Of a DNA stretch of 64,000 nucleotides, positions 56,036-64,000 are shown in pieces. The DNA comes from an uncultured delta proteobacterium (GTDB taxonomy: Bacteria > Desulfobacterota > Binatia > Binatales > Binataceae). The stretch's first letter is position 1. Each line of letters begins with the position of its first letter. The stretch lies in the NCBI GenBank assembly GCA_963711565.1, contig CAVQEQ010000001.1, positions 160,001 through 224,000 on the forward strand. The letters are read 5' to 3'. The notes beneath the pieces were generated by a model. That model did no database searches. It was not told the DNA's origin and saw nothing but the letters and a program-made list of their open reading frames with translations. A program made the position numbers and the translations under genes.

Positions 56036-59000
56036 TTAGGCCGCTTGCGGGATTCTGAGCGAGATGATCCGCGAGACGCCGGGGCGGTCCATCGTGACGC
56101 CGTGAATCTGGTCGGCGCGCTGCATCGTGCGCTGGTTGTGGGTGATCACGATAAACTGCGAGCGCGTCTTCAGCTCGGCCATCAGCGTCGTGAACGCGGC
56201 GAGGCTGAACTCGTCGAGCGGGGCGTCAACTTCGTCCATCACGCAGAACGGGCTGGGGTTCAGCAGGAACAGCGAGAATATCAGCGCCATCGCCGACAGC
56301 GCTTTCTCGCCGCCTGACAGCAAGCCGATCTCCTTGACCTTCTTGCCGGGCGGTTGCACGAGGACGTTGACGCCCGCTTCGAGCACGTCGCCGTCGTCGG
56401 TAAGTTCGAGGCGGCCCTTGCCGCCGCGCAGCAGCTTGGGGAACAGCTCGGCGAAGTTTTTCGCCGCGCCCTCGAAGGTTTCGGCGAAACGCTTGCGCGC
56501 CTCGCGATTCAGATGCGTGATCGTCTTCGTCAGATCGTCGAGCGCGCTCTGCAAATCGGCGCGCTCGGTGCCGAGCACTCTCGCGCGTTCCTCGAGTTCC
56601 TTGACCTCGCTGTCGGCGGCCAGGTTCACCTCACCGATTCGTTCCATCTTGGCGCGCAGATCGACGATTCGTGCATCGTCATCGGCGGCGACTCTGCCGT
56701 CCATCGCAGGAATTATCTCGGCGGCCATTGTGTCGAACTCGGCGCCGAATTTTTCAATGAACGCGCGCGCCAACTCTTCGCTGAGCGCGCGGGCGCGTTC
56801 GCGCTTGAGACCGCATTCGGTGGCGTTGGCTTCCAGAGCCGTCAGCGCCTCTTGCGCGTTCTTGTAGTCGGCGCGGCGCGCTTCCAGCTCGTGCTCGGAC
56901 GCGGCGCATTGTGCGCGCAGTCGCGTCAGTTCAGCTTCGAGTTCGGTCTCGCGGGCGCGCGCGGCGACATCTTGCGCGGAGAGATTTTCGAGTTCGCGAT
57001 CGAACTCGGCGCGTTCGGTGTGCGAGCGTTCGAGGTTGGCGCGATGATCGTCGATTTGCGCCTCGAGTGCGTCAGCCTCGCGCTGCGTGTGCGCCAGTTC
57101 GCTTTCGAGCGCGCCGAGGCGAGACTTGCGGGCCTCGACCTTGGAGGCGGCTTCGAGCATCCCGGCGCCGATTTCTTCGGTGGCGCTGCGAAGCGTCGCT
57201 ATTTCGGTCGCCATCAGGCTCAGCCGTGCGCGAGCTTCCTGCTCAATCTTCGCTAGCTCTTCGAGGCGCCCGTTTGACGCGACTACGAGTTCGGCCAGCT
57301 CGCCGAGACGCCTGCGCGAATTGCCACCATGGGCTTCGGCGAGCGCGACAGACTGCTCGGCACGAGCGAAAGCGCCGCGACGCTCGATTGCAACTCGCTC
57401 CGCTTCGCGTGCGCGTGCCCTGCCCTGCTCGAGATCGGCGTCCGCGCGCTCGCGGTCGGCGCGAACCGCGGCGAACTGGCCGACGCGCGTGCGATGCTCT
57501 TCTTCAGCCCGCGCGAGTTCGCGGGTCTCGGCTTCGATCGCGGCAAGGTCCACCGCCGCGTGACTGTCTTCGGCGCTGCCACCGCTGATCATCCGACCCG
57601 GCATCACGAGGTCGCCGTCGCGCGTGACGAAGACAGTGCCGTGACCGTTGAGGTTCGACGCGGCGAGTGCGGAACGCAGGTCGTCGGCCAGCATCACGTG
57701 ACCCAGCATCGCCTCGGCAACGGGCGAGAAGCGCGATTCGATTTCGAGCATCTCGACCAGGCGTCCCGCGATACCCGGTGCGGCGATCGCCTCGTGAGCC
57801 ACGATTGCGGCTTCAGGCTCCTGCACGAAGTCCATCCGGCCCGCGCGGTTCTCCTTGAGGATTTCGATTGCGCGGAGCGCGAACTGCGGCGACTCGACGA
57901 TTACCGCGTCCATCCGATCGCCGAGCACGGCTCTGAGAGCCGGCTCGAGCGCGAGCGGCGCGCGCACGACCTGTTTGAGGATCGAGGGGTCGGTGGCGGG
58001 ACGATCGCCGTTGAGCGATTCGAGAATCGTACGGAGCCGCAGATCGACGCCGTTCGACAAATGATTCGGTTGAAGCTCGCCGCGCGCGACCAGCACGCCG
58101 CGCAGCGAGTTGACGCGGGCCGTCAGATGATCGAGCGCGGTGCGCGCTTCGATCTCGCGCTCGGCGGCTGTGCGGCGCGATCCTTCGAGATCGCCCGCTG
58201 CCGCGCGCGACGCTTCGAGGTCGGCCTCCGCCTCGTGCATCAGTTCGCGCGCGGTTTCGAGCTCCGCTGCCAACGCGGGCGTCTCGAGCGTGGTCGCTTC
58301 GAGGCGCTTTTCGAGATCGGCGCGCTCGCCGGCGAGATCGCCGAGACGGCCGCGAATCACCGCGGCTTCGCGCACGACATCGGACAGGTCGTCCTTGCAT
58401 TCTTCGCCGCGGCGCTCGGCGTTCTTGAGTTCACTGTTCGCGGCCTCGTGCTTGAGTGATATTTCCTTCAGCGCCGCGTCCGCATCGCCGCCGCCCGCTG
58501 CAATTTCGCGTGCGAGTGTCGCGCCCGCCTCGGCGCGATTGGCGCGCGCCAACGTCGCATTGGATTCCAACTCGACGAGCCGCGCGCTCAGCTCGACTTC
58601 GCGCTGTGCGGTCGCGTCGAGCCGATGCTGCAAGAAACCGCGCGTGCGCGCGCGTTCATTCGCACCTGAATGGAGATTCTCGAGTTCGCGCTGCGCGCCG
58701 CCCAGCTCGGACCGCGCCGACTGCGCGGCCGACGCCGCATCCTCGACCTGCTCGCGTATAGCCGCGGCCCCCGCGCGCGCGCCGTCGAGCGCGCTCTTGA
58801 GCTCAGTGTCGCGGCTGGTTTGTGTCGCCAGTTCCTCGCGCTGATCGATCAGACGGCGCGCCGACGAATAGCGTTCGAGCTCGCCGAGTTCCGCCTTGAC
58901 GACCTTGTAGGTCTCGGCCTTCTTCGCTTGCCGGCGCGCGAAGCTTAGCTGACGCTCGATTTCGCTGAGCACGTCGTCAACGCGTGCGAGATTTTCCTTG

Positions 59001-59563
59001 ACTCGTTCGAGCTTGCGCTCGCTCATCTCGCGCCGGCCCTTGAACAGCGAGAGGCCCGCGGCTTCCTCGACGAGGGTGCGCAGCTCGTGCGGCTTGGCCT
59101 GGATGATTTCCTCGATGCGGCCCTGCTCGACCAGCGAGTAGCCACGGCTGTGAATCTGCGCCGCCATGAAAAATTCGGTGATGTCCTTGAGACGGCACGG
59201 AATCTTGTTGAGCAGGTATTCGGACTCGCCCGAGCGATAGGCGCGGCGCGTGACCGCGACTTCGCTGAGCGCGGAGTACGGCTCGGGGAGCTGGCTGCCT
59301 TCTTCGGCCTCGAGCACGAGCGACACTTCAGCCATCCCGGCCGCGGGATTCGATTCGTTGCCGGCGTAGATAAGATCCTCGACGCTTTTGCCGCGCAGGC
59401 GAGTGGGAGCCTGCTCGCCGAGCACCCATCGGATGGCATCGACGACGTTCGACTTGCCGCATCCGTTGGGACCGACCACCGCCGTCATCCCCGGCGCGAA
59501 ACTAATCGTCGTCGAATCGAGAAAGGATTTGAAGCCTAGTAATTCAAGGCTCTTAAGACGCAT
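56036..59563 (-). CDS. smc: Chromosome segregation protein SMC
   Basis: GFKSF, GPNGCGKSN, coiled coil-hinge-coiled coil, LSGGEK, DEVDAPLD. Confidence 0.97.
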   Translation of the reverse strand: MRLKSLELLGFKSFLDSTTISFAPGMTAVVGPNGCGKSNVVDAIRWVLGEQAPTRLRGKSVEDLIYAGNESNPAAGMAEVSLVLEAEEGSQLPEPYSALSEVAVTRRAYRSGESEYLLNKIPCRLKDITEFFMAAQIHSRGYSLVEQGRIEEIIQAKPHELRTLVEEAAGLSLFKGRREMSERKLERVKENLARVDDVLSEIERQLSFARRQAKKAETYKVVKAELGELERYSSARRLIDQREELATQTSRDTELKSALDGARAGAAAIREQVEDAASAAQSARSELGGAQRELENLHSGANERARTRGFLQHRLDATAQREVELSARLVELESNATLARANRAEAGATLAREIAAGGGDADAALKEISLKHEAANSELKNAERRGEECKDDLSDVVREAAVIRGRLGDLAGERADLEKRLEATTLETPALAAELETARELMHEAEADLEASRAAAGDLEGSRRTAAEREIEARTALDHLTARVNSLRGVLVARGELQPNHLSNGVDLRLRTILESLNGDRPATDPSILKQVVRAPLALEPALRAVLGDRMDAVIVESPQFALRAIEILKENRAGRMDFVQEPEAAIVAHEAIAAPGIAGRLVEMLEIESRFSPVAEAMLGHVMLADDLRSALAASNLNGHGTVFVTRDGDLVMPGRMISGGSAEDSHAAVDLAAIEAETRELARAEEEHRTRVGQFAAVRADRERADADLEQGRARAREAERVAIERRGAFARAEQSVALAEAHGGNSRRRLGELAELVVASNGRLEELAKIEQEARARLSLMATEIATLRSATEEIGAGMLEAASKVEARKSRLGALESELAHTQREADALEAQIDDHRANLERSHTERAEFDRELENLSAQDVAARARETELEAELTRLRAQCAASEHELEARRADYKNAQEALTALEANATECGLKRERARALSEELARAFIEKFGAEFDTMAAEIIPAMDGRVAADDDARIVDLRAKMERIGEVNLAADSEVKELEERARVLGTERADLQSALDDLTKTITHLNREARKRFAETFEGAAKNFAELFPKLLRGGKGRLELTDDGDVLEAGVNVLVQPPGKKVKEIGLLSGGEKALSAMALIFSLFLLNPSPFCVMDEVDAPLDEFSLAAFTTLMAELKTRSQFIVITHNQRTMQRADQIHGVTMDRPGVSRIISLRIPQAA

Positions 59564-59638
59564 GCTTTCTCCGCCTCCACCACATCCACCACGTCGTAAG
59601 AAGTTTATCCTAAACCACCCTCAGAGGGTCAAGAGGAT

Positions 59639-59686
59639 ACGCAACATATCGTGGGTCGGGGGGCGGGTATCCACAGCGAGTTGTGG
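59639..59686. promoter_or_regulatory. Two NrdR-box-like 16-mers upstream of smc
   Basis: ACGCAACATATCGTGG (59639) and CCACAGCGAGTTGTGG (59671), 32 bp apart. Confidence 0.3.
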
Positions 59687-59691
59687 AATAA

Positions 59692-59933
59692 TCGCCTGCG
59701 CGGCGGGCGGCAGGGGTGACCCCTGCACCCAGTGAGAAGAGCAAAGTTGCGCGCGGCGCGCTACTTTGCTCTCCAAGGGGCGGTGGATGGATGGGGTGTT
59801 ATCAAGGGAACTGCACCTCACCCCTAACCCCTCTCCCTTCAGGAGAGGGAACGAAGGATGCGTGCTGAATGCGGGCGCCATCACCCGTGCACGACACAAG
59901 TGTCGCCGCACGACCTCTCCCGAAGGTAGAGGT
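59692..59933. repeat. REP-like cluster, families A and C
   Basis: A at 59692-59783; C-like hairpins at 59814-59850 and 59911-59933. Confidence 0.8.
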
Positions 59934-59945
59934 AAGATCGGATTT

Positions 59946-60428
59946 CTATTTCTTGAGATCGATTGGTTGTGCGCAGGCGGAGCCGGCGGCGTTGTAGGCG
60001 AAGACCATTTCGCCGCCTAAGTCTGCGCCTGCTGTCAGTAGAAGCATCACTGCCAGCAGGCCTACCAAGAAGACGTAGCGGAATCGCGTTGGCATCGGGC
60101 GGGTTGCCAGCGCCCATACCGCCAAGACGCCGGTTTGAATTGAGGTCGCTACCATCAGGTGTTTATGATGACGCAGGAGTACGTCGCGGACTGATTGGGA
60201 GATCATCAGGCCGGGGGCGGCGTAGAAGCCGCTTATCAGAGCAGCGGCGGCGCCGAGCGCGCCCAGCATCAGCATCCAGAGCGCGGTCCATTGGAGCTTT
60301 TCGCTCGCCGTTATCCATCCCAGGAAATACATCAGCGACGCGCCGTAGATGAAGGCGATCGGGAAATGGACCAACAGGGGATGGTAGTTCTGTAGATTCG
60401 ACGCGCCCGGCAGAATGCGTTCCAGCAC
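59946..60428 (-). CDS. DUF2231 family membrane protein
   Basis: HPLLVHFPIA, GGEMVF. Confidence 0.85.
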   Translation of the reverse strand: MLERILPGASNLQNYHPLLVHFPIAFIYGASLMYFLGWITASEKLQWTALWMLMLGALGAAAALISGFYAAPGLMISQSVRDVLLRHHKHLMVATSIQTGVLAVWALATRPMPTRFRYVFLVGLLAVMLLLTAGADLGGEMVFAYNAAGSACAQPIDLKK

Positions 60429-60447
60429 GACGCTGTTTTGCTCGCGG

Positions 60448-60807
60448 CTACTTCACTGATTCGACGACGATGAATTGCGTGCCGTTCTTGCTGTATTCCT
60501 TGCCGGTCACCGTCACCTCGTCTTCCATTCGCGAGATGACGCTCTGGGGAAGGGCAGAGGCGTCCTTATCGGGCAGAAGGATGTAGGATTTCTCGGTGCC
60601 TTTTTCGACGAGCAGCACAGGAATCCCAGCAGACGCGCACTTGATCGCACAGGCCTTGTGACCCGCGCCGTGCGCGCCCATCGTGCCGTAGCAGTACGAG
60701 TCGCGGAGATTGCCGGTGACGGTAGTCTCACCGCCGTCGGCGATCGCTATACCAGTCATTCCAATTGCAACGATGAGTCCTAGTCCAAGTTTCGTCAGGC
60801 GATTCAT
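60448..60807 (-). CDS. Secreted small protein with C...HxxCAxxC motif
   Basis: Signal peptide, DSYCY...HKACAIKC..AGIP; AGGAGG SD. Confidence 0.8.
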   Translation of the reverse strand: MNRLTKLGLGLIVAIGMTGIAIADGGETTVTGNLRDSYCYGTMGAHGAGHKACAIKCASAGIPVLLVEKGTEKSYILLPDKDASALPQSVISRMEDEVTVTGKEYSKNGTQFIVVESVK

Positions 60808-60835
60808 GATTTCACCTCCTGAAAGCGATCACTGG

Positions 60836-61834
60836 CTAACGTCGATATGAACGTGCTTCGACGGTCGAGGCGACGTCGCCGCCGCCGAATATCTCGCGCC
60901 ATCCCTTGCGGCGCGTGCCGGGTAACCGCGCACCCATCCGTTGCAAGTGCAGCTCTAGGATCTGCTTGAGCTCTTCGTTGAGGCGCTCGATCTCGACTTC
61001 CTCGGGCATCCGGGGGCGCGGCTGCCCTTCAGTGATACCGCCGCGGCGGCGTCCGTAGAGTTGCTGCAAGCGCAACTCCGCCTTCGCGAACATCGCCTTG
61101 TACTTGTAGTCGAGCCGGCTGAGCGCATCGGTCATCGCGGCCAGCGCCACGAACCGGCGACGCATCCGCCACCATTCGAACATCGACAGCAGCATCACGC
61201 CGAACATGATCAGCGCAAAGACTCCGAGGCTGATGGCGGTCGCGCGCCACCATGGCAGCAGCTTGACGCCAAGATCCAAATCCTGGTTCTGGGCGGTGAG
61301 GTCCTGCAACTGGGTCTGGACCGATTTGAGCTGCTCCTCAGCCGAGTCCGCCTTCTGCTCGGCCGCCTGCTGTTGCGCGCTCAGCGTTTCGACCTGCGAC
61401 TTGAGAGTATTGACCTCAGTGGTGAAGGGATGCGGCACCTTCAGCACCTCGTCAACTTGCAGCTCCTCGTCAACGTGCATCCGGTTGGCGCGAGCGAGCT
61501 CGTCGGGCGTGATCCCGAACATCTGGGCGATAGCGCCAACCGAATCACCGGGGCGAACGGTGTATGGGATTATGTTCGCGGGATGGCTCGGTTTGACGAC
61601 GGGCGCGGGGGCAGACTGGTCGGCGGGCTGATCGGTGTCGGGGGCCTGGGACGGTTCAGCCTCGGATGGTTCGGCCTCGCTTGGGGGACTCACGACTCGC
61701 GAAGGGGGCGACGAGGGCGGAATCGTATTCTCGTTGAAGTCGGACTGGGCGAACGCAAGTCCGCATCCGGCAACGATAAACGTCACCGCGAGGGCAAATC
61801 TTGAGAAAATCGACCTGTACTGTCGCGCGATCAT
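60836..61834 (-). CDS. LysM domain, coiled-coil and TM protein
   Basis: YTVRPGDSVGAIAQMFGITPDELARAN. Confidence 0.88.
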   Translation of the reverse strand: MIARQYRSIFSRFALAVTFIVAGCGLAFAQSDFNENTIPPSSPPSRVVSPPSEAEPSEAEPSQAPDTDQPADQSAPAPVVKPSHPANIIPYTVRPGDSVGAIAQMFGITPDELARANRMHVDEELQVDEVLKVPHPFTTEVNTLKSQVETLSAQQQAAEQKADSAEEQLKSVQTQLQDLTAQNQDLDLGVKLLPWWRATAISLGVFALIMFGVMLLSMFEWWRMRRRFVALAAMTDALSRLDYKYKAMFAKAELRLQQLYGRRRGGITEGQPRPRMPEEVEIERLNEELKQILELHLQRMGARLPGTRRKGWREIFGGGDVASTVEARSYRR

Positions 61835-61910
61835 TGCCGGGAGCCTCGGCCTGCCAACCCATTCCAGTATCTATCAGAATCCGCTCAGGGTCTAGGATGT
61901 AGCAAAGATG

Positions 61911-62888
61911 CTACGAGCGCGTCGGCGGATGCAGGGCAGCATAGGCAGCGCCGACCACGCCGCCGCGCGGGCCGAGCGCGGCGCGAACGATCTTCGACTC
62001 GGCGGCCATCGCGGTGAAGGCTCGGTCGCGGACCTGGGCCGTCATGGTTTTGCGCATATACGGGAGCGCGCCGGCGACGCCGCCGCCGAGCACGACCAGT
62101 TCGGGATTGAAGATGTTTATGAAGGAGGCAATCGCGATTCCGAGGTAGTGGCCGGCGGTCGCGAAGGCGTCGAGGGCGAGCTGGTCGCCGCGGCGCGCCT
62201 GAGCCGAGAGTGCGCGCACCGAGAAGTTATTTTCAGAATCGACGATTCGCGCCGGCAACGGCGATCCCGGTGAGAGGCCGAGGCGTGCTTCGACGAGACC
62301 GCGCAGGCCGGACGCGGAGGCGTACGACTCGAGGCATCCGTGCGAGCCGCAGTCGCATCGCGGGCCATCGGGATTGACGGTCACGTGTCCCAATTCACCG
62401 GCCATCCCACTGCGCCCGTAGACCAGCTTGCCGCCGACGATCAGTCCACCGCCGACTCCGGTGCCGAGCGTCAGCAGGACGACGTCGCGCCGGCCGCGCG
62501 CAGCACCGCGCCAGTATTCGCCGAGCGCCCATGCGTTCGCGTCGTTGTCGAGGACGACCTTGCGGCCGATCAGGGTTTCGAGCTGGGCGCGCAGCGGGTA
62601 CCCGCGCCATGCGGCGACATGCGGCGCCTGCATCACGGTGCCCGAGTGCACGTTGAGGGGGCCCGGCACGGCGACTCCGATCGCGCGAGGCGAGCCGAGT
62701 CCGCGGCGACGGGCGGTATCGAGGAGATGAAGAGTCTGCGCGGCGATATTTTCAGCGACGTTGTGGGCATCGCGCGACGCGAGCGACGGGCCGTGCTCGA
62801 GGATGAGCACGTCGCCGTCGACGGACACGGCTGCGCATCGGATATTGGTGCCACCCATATCCAAGCCGACCGCCCATGATCGCGTCAT
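61911..62888 (-). CDS. ROK family sugar kinase (glucokinase-like)
   Basis: DMGGT, NDANA, GTGVGGG, GELGH, CDCGSHGCLE. Confidence 0.93.
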   Translation of the reverse strand: MTRSWAVGLDMGGTNIRCAAVSVDGDVLILEHGPSLASRDAHNVAENIAAQTLHLLDTARRRGLGSPRAIGVAVPGPLNVHSGTVMQAPHVAAWRGYPLRAQLETLIGRKVVLDNDANAWALGEYWRGAARGRRDVVLLTLGTGVGGGLIVGGKLVYGRSGMAGELGHVTVNPDGPRCDCGSHGCLESYASASGLRGLVEARLGLSPGSPLPARIVDSENNFSVRALSAQARRGDQLALDAFATAGHYLGIAIASFINIFNPELVVLGGGVAGALPYMRKTMTAQVRDRAFTAMAAESKIVRAALGPRGGVVGAAYAALHPPTRS

Positions 62889-63742
62889 TTGGCGGGTTCG
62901 CCCGGGAATTTCATCAGCGCGAGGTATTCGCGATTGCCGGCCGCGCCTTCGATCGGCGATTCGATCGTGCCGACCACGTCGAGCCCGATCTTGCGGGCGA
63001 ATTCGACGATGCCGGCGACCGCTTCAAGCCGCAGCTTTTCGTCCTTGACAATACCGCCCTTGCCGACCTTGCCCTTGCCGACTTCGAACTGCGGCTTGAT
63101 CAGCGCGACGAGCTCGGCGCGCGGCGCGACCAGCGCCAGCACCGCGGGAATTACCAGGCGCAGCGAAATAAAGCTGGTGTCGATGGTCACGAGCTCGGGC
63201 ACGTGGGGCAAGTCGGCAGGCGAGGCGAGCCGGATATTCATGCGATCGAGCACGGTGACGCGGGGATCCTCGCGCAGCTTGAGCACGAGCTGGCCGTAGC
63301 CGACGTCCATCGCGATGACAGCTCTGGCGCCGCGGCGCAGCAGCACGTCGGTGAAGCCGCCGGTCGATGCGCCAACGTCCAGCGCGAGCTTGCCTTCGAC
63401 CGAGAGCCCGAAATGCTCGAGCGCAGCGATCAACTTGTAGGCGCCGCGCGAGGCGAATTGCGGCGCACCGGCCATCAGCGCGATGTCGGTTTCGGAATCA
63501 ACCTTGAGATCGGCCTTGTAGGCGGGGCGCGAGTTGACGCGGACGCGTCCCGCCATGATGAGGCGCTGAGCAATCTCGCGGCTGTCGGCAAGACCGCGGC
63601 GCGCCATTTCGGCGTCGAGCCGGAAGCGGGCCAGCGGCGCCGACGAGCGGCGCGTCCTGGTTTTGGGCCGGGGCTTCGCGCCGGAACCGTTGTTAGAAGG
63701 GTGTTTCGTCGTCGTCCTTCGCGCCGGCGGGATGTTCGTCAT
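62885..63742 (-). CDS. tlyA: TlyA family RNA methyltransferase
   Basis: S4 RLD, SRG..KL, DVGASTGGFTD, SFISL, LIKPQFE, GNREY; start uncertain. Confidence 0.94.
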   Translation of the reverse strand: MTNIPPARRTTTKHPSNNGSGAKPRPKTRTRRSSAPLARFRLDAEMARRGLADSREIAQRLIMAGRVRVNSRPAYKADLKVDSETDIALMAGAPQFASRGAYKLIAALEHFGLSVEGKLALDVGASTGGFTDVLLRRGARAVIAMDVGYGQLVLKLREDPRVTVLDRMNIRLASPADLPHVPELVTIDTSFISLRLVIPAVLALVAPRAELVALIKPQFEVGKGKVGKGGIVKDEKLRLEAVAGIVEFARKIGLDVVGTIESPIEGAAGNREYLALMKFPGEPAK

Positions 63743-63974
63743 CAGACGATGGTTCAAAGGGCGCCGTGCGCAGTTCGCCGCCGGCGCTCCGCGTTAGCAG
63801 TTCGACCTTGCGCTCGACCTCGTCGAGTTTCCCGTTGAGCGCCTTCACCAGCATCACGCCGCGTTCGAAGGCTGAGATAGATTCTTCGAGCGTGAGCTCG
63901 CCCGAATCGATCTGGCTGACGATCGTTTCAAGCTCCTTGAGCTCGTCCTCGAATTTTTTCGTCTTGGTACTCAT
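63693..63974 (-). CDS. xseB: Exodeoxyribonuclease VII small subunit
   Basis: FE..LKELETIV...GELTLEESI..FERG. Confidence 0.93.
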   Translation of the reverse strand: MSTKTKKFEDELKELETIVSQIDSGELTLEESISAFERGVMLVKALNGKLDEVERKVELLTRSAGGELRTAPFEPSSDDEHPAGAKDDDETPF

Positions 63975-64000
63975 CGTCTAGACAGAACGGCCGGTCGCGC

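Noticed and set aside
1-64000. CRISPR array, rRNA or prophage
   Set aside because: No regularly spaced direct repeats, rRNA-like sequence or phage structural genes were seen
63971-64000. 3' end of xseA
   Set aside because: Expected by synteny, but 30 bp is too little to fix the frame or identity

Overview
GC-rich bacterial chromosome segment. Gene content and order suggest a Binatota/deltaproteobacteria-like lineage (inference only). Most of the window is housekeeping: hflX, dnaE, rplY-prs-tRNA-Gln-ispE, def, rny-ygfA-zapA-zapB-ftsY, smc, tlyA-xseB and four tRNAs. These are interspersed with metabolic genes, a Co-type nitrile hydratase operon, a Gld-like ABC system with a frameshift, and at least four families of REP-like palindromic repeats. 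The main accessory feature is a 3,815-bp IS1595-family element (9267-13081) with perfect 23-bp IRs and an 8-bp TSD. It sits inside the terminal IR of a 363-bp IS1-like remnant. Its cargo is a tightly coupled four-gene operon (COMM-domain-like, helical, papain-like Cys/His, and a 52-aa basic protein), a structured non-coding region and two small ORFs. This operon is the best candidate for an undescribed system. A coupled PRTase-SLOG pair (3118-4253) is a second candidate conflict or defence module. All family assignments come from motif recognition by eye; no searches were run.
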